From Eledone cirrhosa (Eukaryota): 64,000 nucleotides of DNA. A program made the translations under genes and the position numbers. Below are positions 52,991-64,000 of this stretch, one piece after another; within the stretch, counting starts at the first letter, position 1; each line of letters opens with the position of its first letter. The notes under the pieces were generated by a model. The model made no database searches. It saw only the letters and a program-made list of their open reading frames with translations, and had not been told where the DNA came from. The stretch lies in assembly GCA_964016885.1 (NCBI GenBank), contig OZ024752.1, positions 6,944,001 to 7,008,000 on the forward strand, in the 5' to 3' direction.

Positions 52991-54090
52991 AGAGAATCCA
53001 GTCATTCAAGCACAAGTGCTTCTGAAGGTTGCCACACATCCCATACATGGAGCACAAGAGCCTCAGAAAATTGCCACACATCCCATACATGGAGCACAAG
53101 GGCCTCAGAAAATTGCCACACATCCCATACATGGAGCACAAGGGCCTCAGAAAATTGCCACACATCCCATACATGGAGCACAAGAGCCTCAGAAAATTGC
53201 CACACATCCCATACATGGAGCACAAGAGCCTCAGAAAATTGCCACACATCCCATACATGGAGCACAAGAGCCTCAGAAAATTGCCACACATCCCATACAT
53301 GGAGCACAAGAGCCTCAGAAAATTGCCACACATCCCATACATGGAGCACAAGAGCCTCAGAAAATTGCCACACATCCCATACATGGAGCACAAGAGCCTC
53401 AGAAAATTGCCACACATCCCATACATGGAGCACAAGAGCCTCAGAAAATTGCCACACATCCCATACATGGAGCACAAGAGCCTCAGAAAATTGCCACACA
53501 TCCCATACATGGAGCACAAGAGCCTCAGAAAATTGCCACACATCCCATACATGGAGCACAAGAGCCTCAGAAAATTTCCACACATCCCATACATGGAGCA
53601 CAAGAGCCTCAGAAAATTTCCACACATCCCATACATGGAGCACAAGAGCCTCAGAAAATTGCCACACATCCCATACATGGAGCACAAGAGCCTCAGAAAA
53701 TTGCCACACATCCCATACATGGAGCACAAGAGCCTCAGAAAATTGCCACACATCCCATACATGGAGCACAAGAGCCTCAGAAAATTGCCACACATCCCAT
53801 ACATGGAGCACAAGAGCCTCAGAAAATTGCCACACATCCCATACATGGAGCACAAAACAAACAGCTTTGTCAGGCAGCAGCAAGTGAACAAATATCCTGG
53901 CAGACGGGAACCATTCCTAGAAATGGTGAAAGGAGGGAAGCTTGACTGGTCTGGTCCTATATCCCACCACAACTCCTTGTCTAAAACTATCCCTCAGGGT
54001 ACAGTTGAGCAGAAGGAGAGGCAAAGAAAATCCTGATTTGGTCACAACACCAAAACCCTTCTACACATGACGGGGAATACAGACCAATGA
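52991..54090 (+). mobile_element. Degenerate RTE-type LINE fragment containing a 42-bp tandem array (about 53010-53855)
   Basis: Flanks translate as RIQSFKHKCF*RLPHIPYMEHK and TNSFVRQQ...KLDWSGPISHHNSLSKTIPQGTVE...RQRKS, resembling an RTE ORF C-terminus; about 20 units of GAGCCTCAGAAAATTGCCACACATCCCATACATGGAGCACAA. Confidence 0.8.
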
Positions 54091-54099
54091 TACCCCAAT

Positions 54100-54637
54100 G
54101 ACTGGCTGCACCAGTGGTACATCTGGAGTGGCACCCCAATGACAGGCAGTACCAGTGGCACATCTAAGGTGGCACCTCAACAACTGGCAGTACCAGTGGC
54201 ACATCTAGAGTGGCACCTCAACAACTAACTGTTCCAGTGGTACATCTAGAGTGGCACCTCAACAACTGGCTGTACCAGTGGCACATCTAGAGTGGCACCT
54301 CAACAACTGGCTGTACCAGTGGCACATCTAGAGTGGCACCTCAACAACTGGCTGTACCAGTGGCACATCTAGAGTGGCACCTCAACAACACTAGCTGTAC
54401 CAGTGGCACATCTAGAGTGGCACCTCAACAACACTAGCTGTACCAGTGGCACATCTAGAGTGGCACCTCAACAACTGGCTGTACCAGTGGCACATCTAGA
54501 GTGGCACCTCAACAACACTAGCTGTACCAGTGGCACATCTAGAGTGGCACCTCAACAACTGGCTGTACCAGTGGCACATCTAGAGTGGCACCTCAACAAC
54601 ACTAGCTGTACCAGTGGCACATCTAGAGTGGCACCAG
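54100..54637. repeat. 41/43-bp minisatellite
   Basis: Unit GTACCAGTGGCACATCTAGAGTGGCACCTCAACAACTGGCT. Confidence 0.95.
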
Positions 54638-55205
54638 TCACATGACACTTACATACACAAGGCTCCTTGATAAACCTGGTAATTAACTAATTTTCTACCT
54701 CGAATTAATACAAATTTTAAATTTTCAGAATTCCTTGTTCCGCTCTCTGCCGTTTTCAACTAAAATATTTCTCTTTCTTCTCTCTCACAATGTTAGCTAT
54801 CAACTAATCAATAATATTGATGTATTAAACCAGTACTTTGCATGTCTGTAATGTTCTGAGTTACATTAAGAACTGATGTACCCGCAAGATAAAACAGAAT
54901 CATTGATTTCTTAGAATGGGGTCAGTGAAGTTAATATTAGGGAGTTGCTACAATTGTTGTAGAGTACACATATCTTTATATGGGGTATACTATCAGAGTC
55001 CGTGCTTAGGTGCTTAGTACCCTGGAATAGTTGTACAATGTGTACCACATTCTACCAAATATATGTTCAGCTTATAATTTGGTAAGCTGACAAACTGAGT
55101 TTGGGATATTTCTTACTCTGACCACATGATGAAAATTACTAGGCCTGCATTTTCTACAACAGTCCACATCCACCTATGCCAAATCGTGTTACAGATCATA
55201 ATGGT

Positions 55206-55350
55206 GAAGGCACATGGCTTAGTGGTTAGTGCATTGGGCTTGCAATCGAAAGGTTGTGAGTTCAATTCTCAGACCGGGTGATGTGTTGTTTCCTTGAGCA
55301 AGACACTTTATTTCACATTGCTCCAGTTTACTCAGCTGTAGAAATGAGAT
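55206..55350 (+). mobile_element. tRNA-derived SINE, family B
   Basis: A-box TGGCTTAGTGG, B-box GAGTTCAATTC, and CCTTGAGCAAGACACTT. Confidence 0.85.
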
Positions 55351-55568
55351 GATAGGACTGGGGTCCCTATCATTAAATCACCCAAGACACCCCCAACGAG
55401 ATATAGCTTGGACGAGGCCAGCTAAACCTGCATAGGTGTCAGCAGTAACAACAAATCATAACAACACACAACCTTTTCCATCAATTGGGATATTTACACA
55501 AAGCTGCTATGTGACAATGATATTAAGTGATTTATTTATTGAAATTATTATATATTTAAGTTAATTGA

Positions 55569-55908
55569 GGTAGTGCTGGTGTCATGATAAAATACACCCA
55601 GTCCACTCTAAAGTGGTAGTGTTGATGTCATGACAAAATACACCCAGTCCACTCTAAAGTGGTAGTGTTGATGTCATGACAAAATACACCCAGTCCACTC
55701 TAAAGTGGTAGTGTTGATGTCATGACAAAATACACCCAGTACACTCTGTAAAGTGGTAGTGTTGATGTCATGACAAAATACACCCAGTACACTCTGTAAA
55801 GTAGTAGTGCTGGTGTCATGACAAAATACACCCAGTACACTCTGTAAAGTGGTAGTGCTGGAGTCATGATAACATATACCCAGCCTACAGTGTTGGGTGG
55901 TAGTGCCG
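55569..55908 (+). repeat. 46/48-bp minisatellite derived from RTE-3'-UTR-like sequence
   Basis: GTGTCATGACAAAATACACCCAGTACACTCTGTAAAGTGG matches the reverse complement of 35338-35378. Confidence 0.8.
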
Positions 55909-55974
55909 GTTGGAAGCTTCTACTAGCTATGTGACTTAATTAGCAGTCGGGGTTAGTGTTCCAAAAGTACAGCA

Positions 55975-56394
55975 GAATTATAATGCTGCATGGAAGTGAG
56001 ACTTGGGCCTTGAACGAAGAGGATCGAGGCAAGCATGCTCCAATGGATGTGTAAATAGCAGTGTGCATGAATGGCAAAGTATCAATAAACTGAAAGAAAA
56101 ACTAAACATAAGAGATTAGATTCAGTGTACAAGTGAGAAGACTGCGCTGGTATAGACATGTGATGCCTATGGAGACTGACAGATAAAAATGTGCAGGGCA
56201 CGCAAAGTTGGAATCTTTGGAAAGGGTAGAACCAGGAAATGTCGGGAATATGTGTTAATATGTGAAGCTAAACCTCACGAAGATGGTAACGGAATAAGTG
56301 GTGGCATACTGTACTACAGAAGAGTCACACAATTGGGGTGAAATACAAGCAGGTGCATGACAACCCATCGAACCCATGCAAGCATAAATAGGCA
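55975..56394 (+). mobile_element. Degenerate RTE-type LINE 3' fragment
   Basis: ATGCTGCATGGAAGTGAGACTTGG (MLHGSETW) and AGACTGCGCTGGTAT (RLRWY); multiple frameshifts; its (ATG)n tail follows the MITE at about 56716. Confidence 0.75.
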
Positions 56395-56712
56395 TTAACC
56401 CTTTACCATTTACATTACTCTATATATACTATTGTATTTTCACAGTAAAGGCTTTACCTCACATAATATCTCATAATATCGAATCTATGAGACTTGATAT
56501 AATTTATTTTGAGAACAATACCTTAACATAAGTATGAGCAGCTGGTTACAGCCGGCTTGAACAGAAAGAGATGAGAGAATTTTGGCCGGATATGGCTGGT
56601 TTAAGTGCTAAAGGGTTAACATCAGTATGAGCAGCCGGTTACAGCCGGTTTGAACAGGACGAGGTGAGAGAGTTCTGGCCGGATATGGCCAGTTTAATTG
56701 TTACAGTGTTAA
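56395..56712 (+). mobile_element. piggyBac-type MITE M1 (56395-56619) plus a duplicated right portion
   Basis: TTAACCCTTTACCATTTAC...GTGCTAAAGGGTTAA; 56620-56712 repeats the right part starting from the internal TTAA. Confidence 0.85.
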
Positions 56713-57522
56713 ACAGTGATGATGATGATGATGATACTGTACACACTGACAGACACAAACAACATATATATATGAAAATTAAGAGTAAATCCTATTATCA
56801 CTAAGTGAAAGTGAAAGTGAAGAAGTCTGCTAAAGAGTAGGAATTCTATAAAGGACAATAGGTTTGAGGTTAGCAGCCATTTTGAATTAATTGATTTTAC
56901 TGATGTTGAAAACTCTGTTTCTGTTTACTGTGAAACAGCAGCAACACATCAGATAAAGAATAACAAATGATGAAAGACCTGCTTTGCTTTGATAATTTTA
57001 ACAGTTAAAATTCCTGAAAGCTATGAATAAATAAAAGCTCTGATGTCAGAATAAGGACTAGAAAAAAGAAAACAGCTATTAAGGCCAAGTCTTTCTAGAA
57101 AGTTACATAATGTATATATATATGCACACATATATATCATCATCATCCTCATCATTTTACATCCATTCTTCTACGCTAGAATCGGTTAGACAGATTGTCC
57201 TGTTGTGGGCAATGCCAGGTCAGGTGACCATGTCTTAAATAATAATAATGAAATTATTGTGTACAGTGCTCAGGTGCACTACAACTCATCAAAGGTGCAT
57301 GTATAGTACATAGAATAATGTACAAATGTCAGGAAAATAAACAGTGTATGAGTCATGATATAATAACAATAACAATAATGAAGTATTGTGCACAGTGCCC
57401 AGGTGCACCACAACCTATCAAAAAAGTGCATGTACAGTACATAGGGCAATGCACAAACATCAGTAAAATGAACAGTGCACGAGTCATGATACACACGTGT
57501 GCATGTGTATGGAAGGGGCACA

Positions 57523-60354
57523 TCAGGTGTAGTTTTGGCATATTTCGGGAAGCATGAGTGTCTTAAAGGATGCAGTGTCTCGGCAGCTAACAATTGACGC
57601 AGGCAGTTTGTTCCATGCTTCAGCAACTCCGAGCGTGAAAAAATGTCTGCGAAAGTCATGGGAGCTGTGCTGTTTTCTTATCTTGTAGGCATGTCCATGT
57701 GTGTTAGACACATGGAGATCAAAGAGGCGCTCAGGGTTGCAGTTGGCGAGATGGTTAAAAACTTTGTGGGTATTCACCAAGTCCATTGCCAGACGTCGGA
57801 GCTTCAATGAATCCATGCCCAGGGAAGCAAGGCGTTCAGAGTATGGTAGGTGTCTGATGGAGGGTATGCGCTTGGTTGCACGTCTCTGAACAGTTTCCAG
57901 GAGGTCAATGTTCCAAGCAAGATAGGGGTTCCAGACTGATGATGCGAATTCCAAGTGTGGTCGCACCATAGCTGTATACAGTTTTAAATAGATGGCTGGA
58001 GAGCGGCTAACAAAGGTCTTGCTGAGTGATGCCAAGACACCCTCGGCCTTCTTGACAATCTTAGAGACATGCTTTGTCCAACGCAAATCGTTGCTGACAG
58101 TAATGCCCAGGTCACGTTCACAAGAGGACTTTTTGATGTCAGTGTTGTGGAGGGAGTATGTGGACGCTGGATTTTTCCTTCCAAAATGCATGGTGGTACA
58201 CTTGTCCACAGCCAGCTTCAGTTGCCAGTCTGTGATCCATTGCTGCATTGTGTCCAGGTCTGATTGTAGGAAAGAGTTGTAAATTTCAGGATCAGTCCTT
58301 TTGATTTCAAGGTACAGCTTGATGTCATCTGCATATTTTAGTACCGTGGCATTCTGTAAGTTGGCATCTATGTCATTAATATATGCCACAAACAAAAGGG
58401 GACCAAGAACAGATCCCTGTGGTACACCAGATGACATCTCATATGGTGAAGAATGCTGTCCTAGAACCGTGACTACTTCCTTTCGGCTGAGAATGAAGGA
58501 TTTCAGCCAGTTGAAAAGATCATCCCTCACACCCATTGCAGAGAGTTTTGCCATAAGTCTTTTGTGTGGCACAGAATTAAAAGCCTTAGCAAAGTCCAGG
58601 TAAACAACATCCACCCATGAGCCGCTGTCAGTGATCCGGGTGATGTCCTCAAGGAACTCGATAAGCTGATCACAGCAGCTGGAGTTAGGGATAAATCCAA
58701 ACTGTGAGGGCCGGATGAGGCTGTGAGAGCTCCAGAAGTTCTAAAGTGTTTCTCTGACACAGGATTCCATCAGTTTGGCCATACAGCTAGTAAGACTGAC
58801 TGGACGATAGTTGACAGGTGACATGCGGTTGCCCTTTTTGAACAGGGGAATGACACTGGCAGTTTTCCACTGCTCCGGAGTAGCACCATTGCTGAGACAG
58901 TATTGAAAGAAAAAAGAAAGCTGGCGCAAAAGGAAATCCCCGCCACGTTTGAGAAGCAGGTATGTCACACCATCAAGACCAGGGGAGGCATAGTTGCGCT
59001 TATTCTTAAGGTGACGTCGCAACATTGCAGGTGTAAATTCCATAGTTGTTATGGAATCTGATGTTAGAGATGGTGGAGATGGTACATTCTGGTTTTCAAC
59101 AGTAAAAATACTTGCATAGCACTCAGCAATGAGTTCTGCGCATTCCTTGGGATCGTCAGTGATCTGGCTTGTGTGGGGATTGCGAAGAGGACCAACTGGA
59201 GAGTGAGGTCTCTGCTTTGAATGAACATATTTCCAGAACACCTTACTGTCAGGATTGGTTGCGATGCACTGTTCAAATTCAAGCACTGCCTTCTTTGTCA
59301 CTTGCTTGAGATGGTTAGAAGATTTATTCCGCTTTTTTCTGTTGGCATCTGATCTATGCAGTTTATATTCCCGTTCAGCGTTCCGACGTTCTTTCCTGGC
59401 AAGTCGGACTGCTGAAGTTTCCCAGATTGCACTTTTGGGGTGGTTATTTTTCCGCTTCCGTGGCACTGATGCTGCACACACTATCCATATCGAGTCCAAG
59501 ATGCTCTGGAGTATAGAGTTCACATCTCCAGAGTTATACATCTCATGCCAGTTTGGGCGCTGTAGCTCAGTGCAGTACAAGTTCCAATCCGCCCTCTTCC
59601 AATCAAAGCAAGCAGATTGGAGATGGCTCTGGTTTTTGTTGCTGCCCTCAATTGCCAGATTGGCAATGATCATAGCATGATCAGAGTCGCCTAGAGGTTC
59701 CTCAGTAGTACAACTGATAACCACTTCAGGAGTAGTGGTGAAGATCAGGTCCAAAGTGTTGTCACCTCTTGTTGGAGAGGTGACTACTTGTGACCAGTTT
59801 GAGTCCAGCACTAGTTCAAGGAAATCGTTTGCACCCTGTGGCCAACGAAAGGTTTCCCAATCGATCTCAGGATGATTGAAGTCACCTGCAATAAACACAT
59901 AAGTGGCTGTTTTCTTGGCAGCAACTCTGAGGATATCGCAAAGCTGTGTGTCCTGATGGTAGTTTGGGGGGCGATAAACAACACCAAGCAGAAGTGTTGA
60001 CATGGTCATACGTATGTCACAGAAAAAAACTTCTTCCTGTGATTCGTTCAAATCAACGCAAGGAATTACCGAAAAGTTTGAACGAACGTAGACCATCACA
60101 CCACCACCACGGCGGTTAATGCGGTCCTTGCGGAAAAGGTTGTACCCAGTAATGGTGAAAACCCCATCACAGAGTAAGGAATGTGCCCATGTTTCCGTGA
60201 CTGTGATGAAGTCAGGGTCGATGCTTCTGACGTAGGATTCGAACAGATGTATCTTGTTGCATAAACTGCGAGCATTTAAGGACAACAATTTGTACCCTGC
60301 TCGCAGTTTATGATGGTGTGTAGAGGGTGGCAGGTTGTTCTGGTTTAGTTTCCC
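57523..60354 (-). pseudogene. CR1 ORF2: APE endonuclease and reverse transcriptase, one in-frame stop at 58741-58743
   Basis: NARSL, VTETW, VYRPP, GDFNHP, LDLIF and SDH (APE); NYRPVSLT, QFGF, LDFAKAF, GVPQGSVLGP and YADD (RT); tracked ORFs 58741-60288 and 57523-58614 are in the same frame. Confidence 0.93.
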
Positions 60355-61664
60355 AGAGTTGTAGCAGTTTTTACATTGCCAGTTATTGTGGGTAGATCAC
60401 ACTCAGACCAGCTGGTATCTCTCTTCTACGTTTCACCAGCCTTGACAAACCTCCAGATCTGCCCATCATCACGCAGACTGAAACTTTCATCTTGTGCTGA
60501 GTTCCGATTCAAGGAAGCTGCAGCACGTAGTTTTGGACGTACATGGGGTGGTAGGCCTGGGCGTGTTCGGAAGTTAATCCGATTTTCACGCCCAGCTTTA
60601 GCAGAGGCCAGATGATATGAGGTTGCCTCTGCGGGGTCCGAGAAAGACAGCCTGATGAGTCTGGGTTTTGGACCAGGTCGACCAAGGCGGAGGGCACCCT
60701 TTGGGGGAACACAGCCTAGGTCTTTGGCTGAGCTGGCAGCAAATGCCTGAAGATCAGCCTTGTCCTCTGGTACCCCAATGGCAATCACTTCATGGGTAGC
60801 AGATTCCGCAGTCTTTTCAGTCTTTCCAGCAAGAGGTACAGGGAGATTCTTTAGCAAGGCATTCCGATAAGACCCCTCATTGTGGGGTTCTACCCGAATG
60901 CTTGCCTCTATTCCTGCAACTTCCCTTCTCAGAGCAGAAATCATTAGTTGCAGTTCCGCAAAATCTGTACTGGTCGGTTGTTGTTGTTTCTGCTGCTGCT
61001 GCTGTCGTTGTTGGTGATGATGATGTTCCTCCACGGGAATGGCAGGGGAGGACACAGTCGCAGGTTGTTGCTGTTGTTGGTGATGATGATGTTCCTCCAC
61101 GGGAATGGTAGGGGAAGACACAGTCACCAGTTGTTGGTGTCGAAATGTACTGGGAGTGGAAGACATGGGTTGTTGTTGTTTCTGATGTTCTCCCACAGGA
61201 ATAACAGTAGAAGCCAGTGTCATAGGTTTTTGCCGTTGTTCAGTAACAATGGTAGAGGAAGACACAGTCATTAGTTGTTGGTGTCGAGATGTTCTCCCAC
61301 AGGAATAACAGTAGAAGCCAGTGTCATAGGTTTTTGCCGTTGTTCAGTAACAATGGTAGAGGAAGACACAGTCATTGGTTTTTGTTGTTGTTGTTGTTTT
61401 TCAATAACATTAATAACATTAGTGGAGGCAGGCGCACAGGCCAGACACTGAAAGGACCAGGATTTTAGCTGGACCATCTCCCATATTCCATCCATCATAG
61501 CATTATGATGTCTCTTTTTTTGGCCTGGGATCCTCCGGAAGCCTGTGGCGCATTGAAGGGAGACAGAGATGCGACAGGTTCCACATTCGACCCAGCGATT
61601 ACGGAACGAGTTTTCGGGTTCCGCACAGATATGGCAGATGTGATTTTCTGGGCAATGTTCTATC
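60345..61664 (-). pseudogene. CR1 ORF1: N-terminal PHD-like finger, Q/H-rich repeats, coiled coil and RRM-like C-terminal part
   Basis: CHIC...WVECGTC...QC...WSFQCLAC read from 61660 down; frame broken at 61271 by an internal duplication; probable premature TAG at 60426; frame continues to TLGN* ending at 60345. Confidence 0.8.
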
Positions 61665-61742
61665 TGTCTTGCTTATATAGAACTGATTTTGGCTTTATTT
61701 CTACAGCTGGATGCCTTTCCTACATATTACACACACACACAC

Positions 61743-61803
<61 letters not shown>

Positions 61804-62433
61804 TATATATATAAAGACTAAATTTCTCCTCTTAATCATGATTCATTAATATTATAAAAAGGAGTCAAAATATATGTATATATATTTGTGTGTGTGCATG
61901 TATGTATAAATTTATATCTTTATATACATTATATAGACAGCCATGACAGGTAATGTGTACAGTTTTACACACTGAGTGTATAGACAAGAAAACATGACAA
62001 ATTCACGTATTTTCCTGTAAATTGAAAATTGATTAATTTCTTGAATTAATTCATAGATAAATTCATTGTATAGTTCAGCTGCTTAGCGTACAATTAAACA
62101 TTATCTACTACCATGAGCCCAAATAATATGCAAATTAGTATGTCTATTTCAGTGGTACTACTATAAGTGACAGAGTATCTATATATTTCCTTGCAGTTTG
62201 TTACATGGTGTACATATCTTCAGATGAGAACCCAATAAGATTTGAAAATTGATTTCAGATATCATTTTTCTTTTTTCAATTCTCAGAGAAATACAGGAAT
62301 TTAGCATGTCTATACAGTCAATGTGTAAATTTATATACACATTCACAGTCTCCGCTATACTCTCTATACATATATATATATTCATTATATTCTTTGGCTG
62401 CTTAGCACACAATTTAATATGTATTACGATCTG

Positions 62434-63748
62434 TGGGGGCTTCTGTCTGCTACTGGTACCATGCAGCCCAGTATAACCTGCTTCATGGTTGAGTGGCTTC
62501 TGTCTGCTACTGGTACCATGTAGCCCAGTACAACTTGCTTCATGGTTGAGTGGCTTGTCTGCTACTGGTACCATGTAGCCCATTACAACCTGCTTAATGG
62601 TTGAGTGGCTTCTGTCTGCTACTGGTACCATGTAGCCCATTACAACCTGCTTCATGGTTGAGTGGCTTCTGTCTGCTACTGGTACCATGTAGCCGAGTAC
62701 AACCTGCTTCATGGTTGAGTGGCTTCTGTCTGCTACTGGTACCATGTAGCCCAGTATAACCTGCTTCATGGTCAAGTGGCTTCTGTCTGCTACTGGTACC
62801 ATGTAGCCCAGTATAACCTGCTTCATGGTTGAGTGGCTTCTGTCTGCTACTGGTACCATGTAGCCCAGTATAACCTGCTTCATGGTCAAGTGGCTTCTGT
62901 CTGCTACTGGTACCATGTAGCCCAGTATAACCTGCTTCATGGTCAAGTGGCTTCTGTCTGCTACTGGTACCATGTAGCCCAGTATAACCTGCTTCATGGT
63001 CAAGTGGCTTCTGTCTGCTACTGGTACCATGTAGCCCAGTACAACCTGCTTCATGGTTGAGTGGCTTCTGTCTGCTACTGGTACCATGTAGCCCAGTATA
63101 ACCTGCTTCATGGTCAAGTGGCTTCTGTCTGCTACTGGTACCATGTAGCCCAGTATAACCTGCTTCATGGTTGAGTGGCTTCTGTCTGCTACTGGTACCA
63201 TGTAGCCCAGTATAACCTGCTTCATGGTCAAGTGGCTTCTGTCTGCTACTGGTACCATGTAGCCCAGTATAACCTGCTTCATGGTCAAGTGGCTTCTGTC
63301 TGCTACTGGTACCATGTAGCCCAGTACAACCTGCTTCATGGTTGAGTGGCTTCTGTCTGCTACTGGTACCATGTAGCCCAGTATAACCTGCTTCATGGTC
63401 AAGTGGCTTCTGTCTGCTACTGGTACCATGTAGCCGAGTACAACCTGCTTCATGGTTGAGTGGCTTCTGTCTGCTACTGGTACCATGTAGCCCAGTATAA
63501 CCTGCTTCATGGTCAAGTGGCTTCTGTCTGCTACTGGTACCATGTAGCCCAGTATAACCTGCTTCATGGTTGAGTGGCTTCTGTCTGCTACTGGTACCAT
63601 GTAGCCCAGTATAACCTGCTTCATGGTCAAGTGGCTTCTGTCTGCTACTGGTACCATGCAGCCCAGTATAACCTGCTTCATGGTCAAGTGGCTTCTGTCT
63701 GCTACTGGTACCATGCAGCCCAGTATAACCTGCTTCATGGTCAAGTGG
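62434..63748. repeat. 57-bp minisatellite, about 23 copies
   Basis: Unit GTGGCTTCTGTCTGCTACTGGTACCATGTAGCCCAGTATAACCTGCTTCATGGTCAA; explains ORF 62179-63756. Confidence 0.96.
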
Positions 63749-64000
63749 TCAGTCACTAAACCAGCTCCCCCACCAGACCCTGGTCTGGTGAGGAGGGTAA
63801 GTGGAACCCCAGCAGCACAAAAAAGCAGTTGTTAAAATGGCAGATGAACTCCTCAGAGTCAACAGCCATCCACACCAACGATAGGTTAAATAACCTCACC
63901 AACACACAACTGGTCAACCATGTCCAAAACCAAGCAGAAAGCAGTGGAGGTCAACCAGGGAGGGGTTCAACCAACAGGGGTCAGAAGGACCTGGACTGGA

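Larger units (their letters stand above)
57237..61664 (-). mobile_element. Nearly full-length CR1-type LINE inserted into an RTE-related short element
   Basis: 6-bp TSD TGTCTT at 57231-57236 and 61665-61670; host halves (57137-57236 and 61665-61722) rejoin; ORF1, ORF2 and (TTA)n tail. Confidence 0.92.

Noticed and set aside
54699-54759. Possible upstream exon (LKTAESGTRNSENLKFVLIR) phase-compatible with 35960
   Set aside because: Purine-rich acceptor and weak donor; phase match has a one-in-three chance; boundaries approximate.
62179-63756. 525-aa 19-residue repeat protein
   Set aside because: 57-bp minisatellite; the frame shifts near 62555 and runs into AT-rich non-coding sequence.

Overview
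AT-rich, repeat-saturated eukaryotic DNA; the repeat inventory resembles an invertebrate, probably cephalopod (octopus-like), genome, which is inference. Almost all long ORFs in the track are artefacts of micro- and minisatellites. Real coding remnants are a 5'-truncated Penelope-like element (RT C-terminus plus GIY-YIG, 4782-6177) between 1.24-kb inverted arms, a nearly complete CR1-type LINE (57237-61664, 6-bp TSD, PHD-like ORF1, APE-RT ORF2), RTE-type LINE fragments and an internally deleted Tc1. There are also mariner and piggyBac MITEs, tRNA-derived SINEs and a few candidate small exons of an unidentified minus-strand gene. Three patterns stand out. (1) Several sequence-unrelated short elements sit in (TA)n tracts, carry minimal type I hammerhead ribozyme motifs, often form fold-back palindromes, and share a GAGT(G/A)CT motif about 30-60 bp from their 3' end; this looks like a non-autonomous Penelope-dependent system. 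(2) At least five tandem arrays can be traced to the mobile element they arose inside. (3) A G_GGA_AAC -1 slippery site joins CR1 ORF1 to an ATG-less ORF2.
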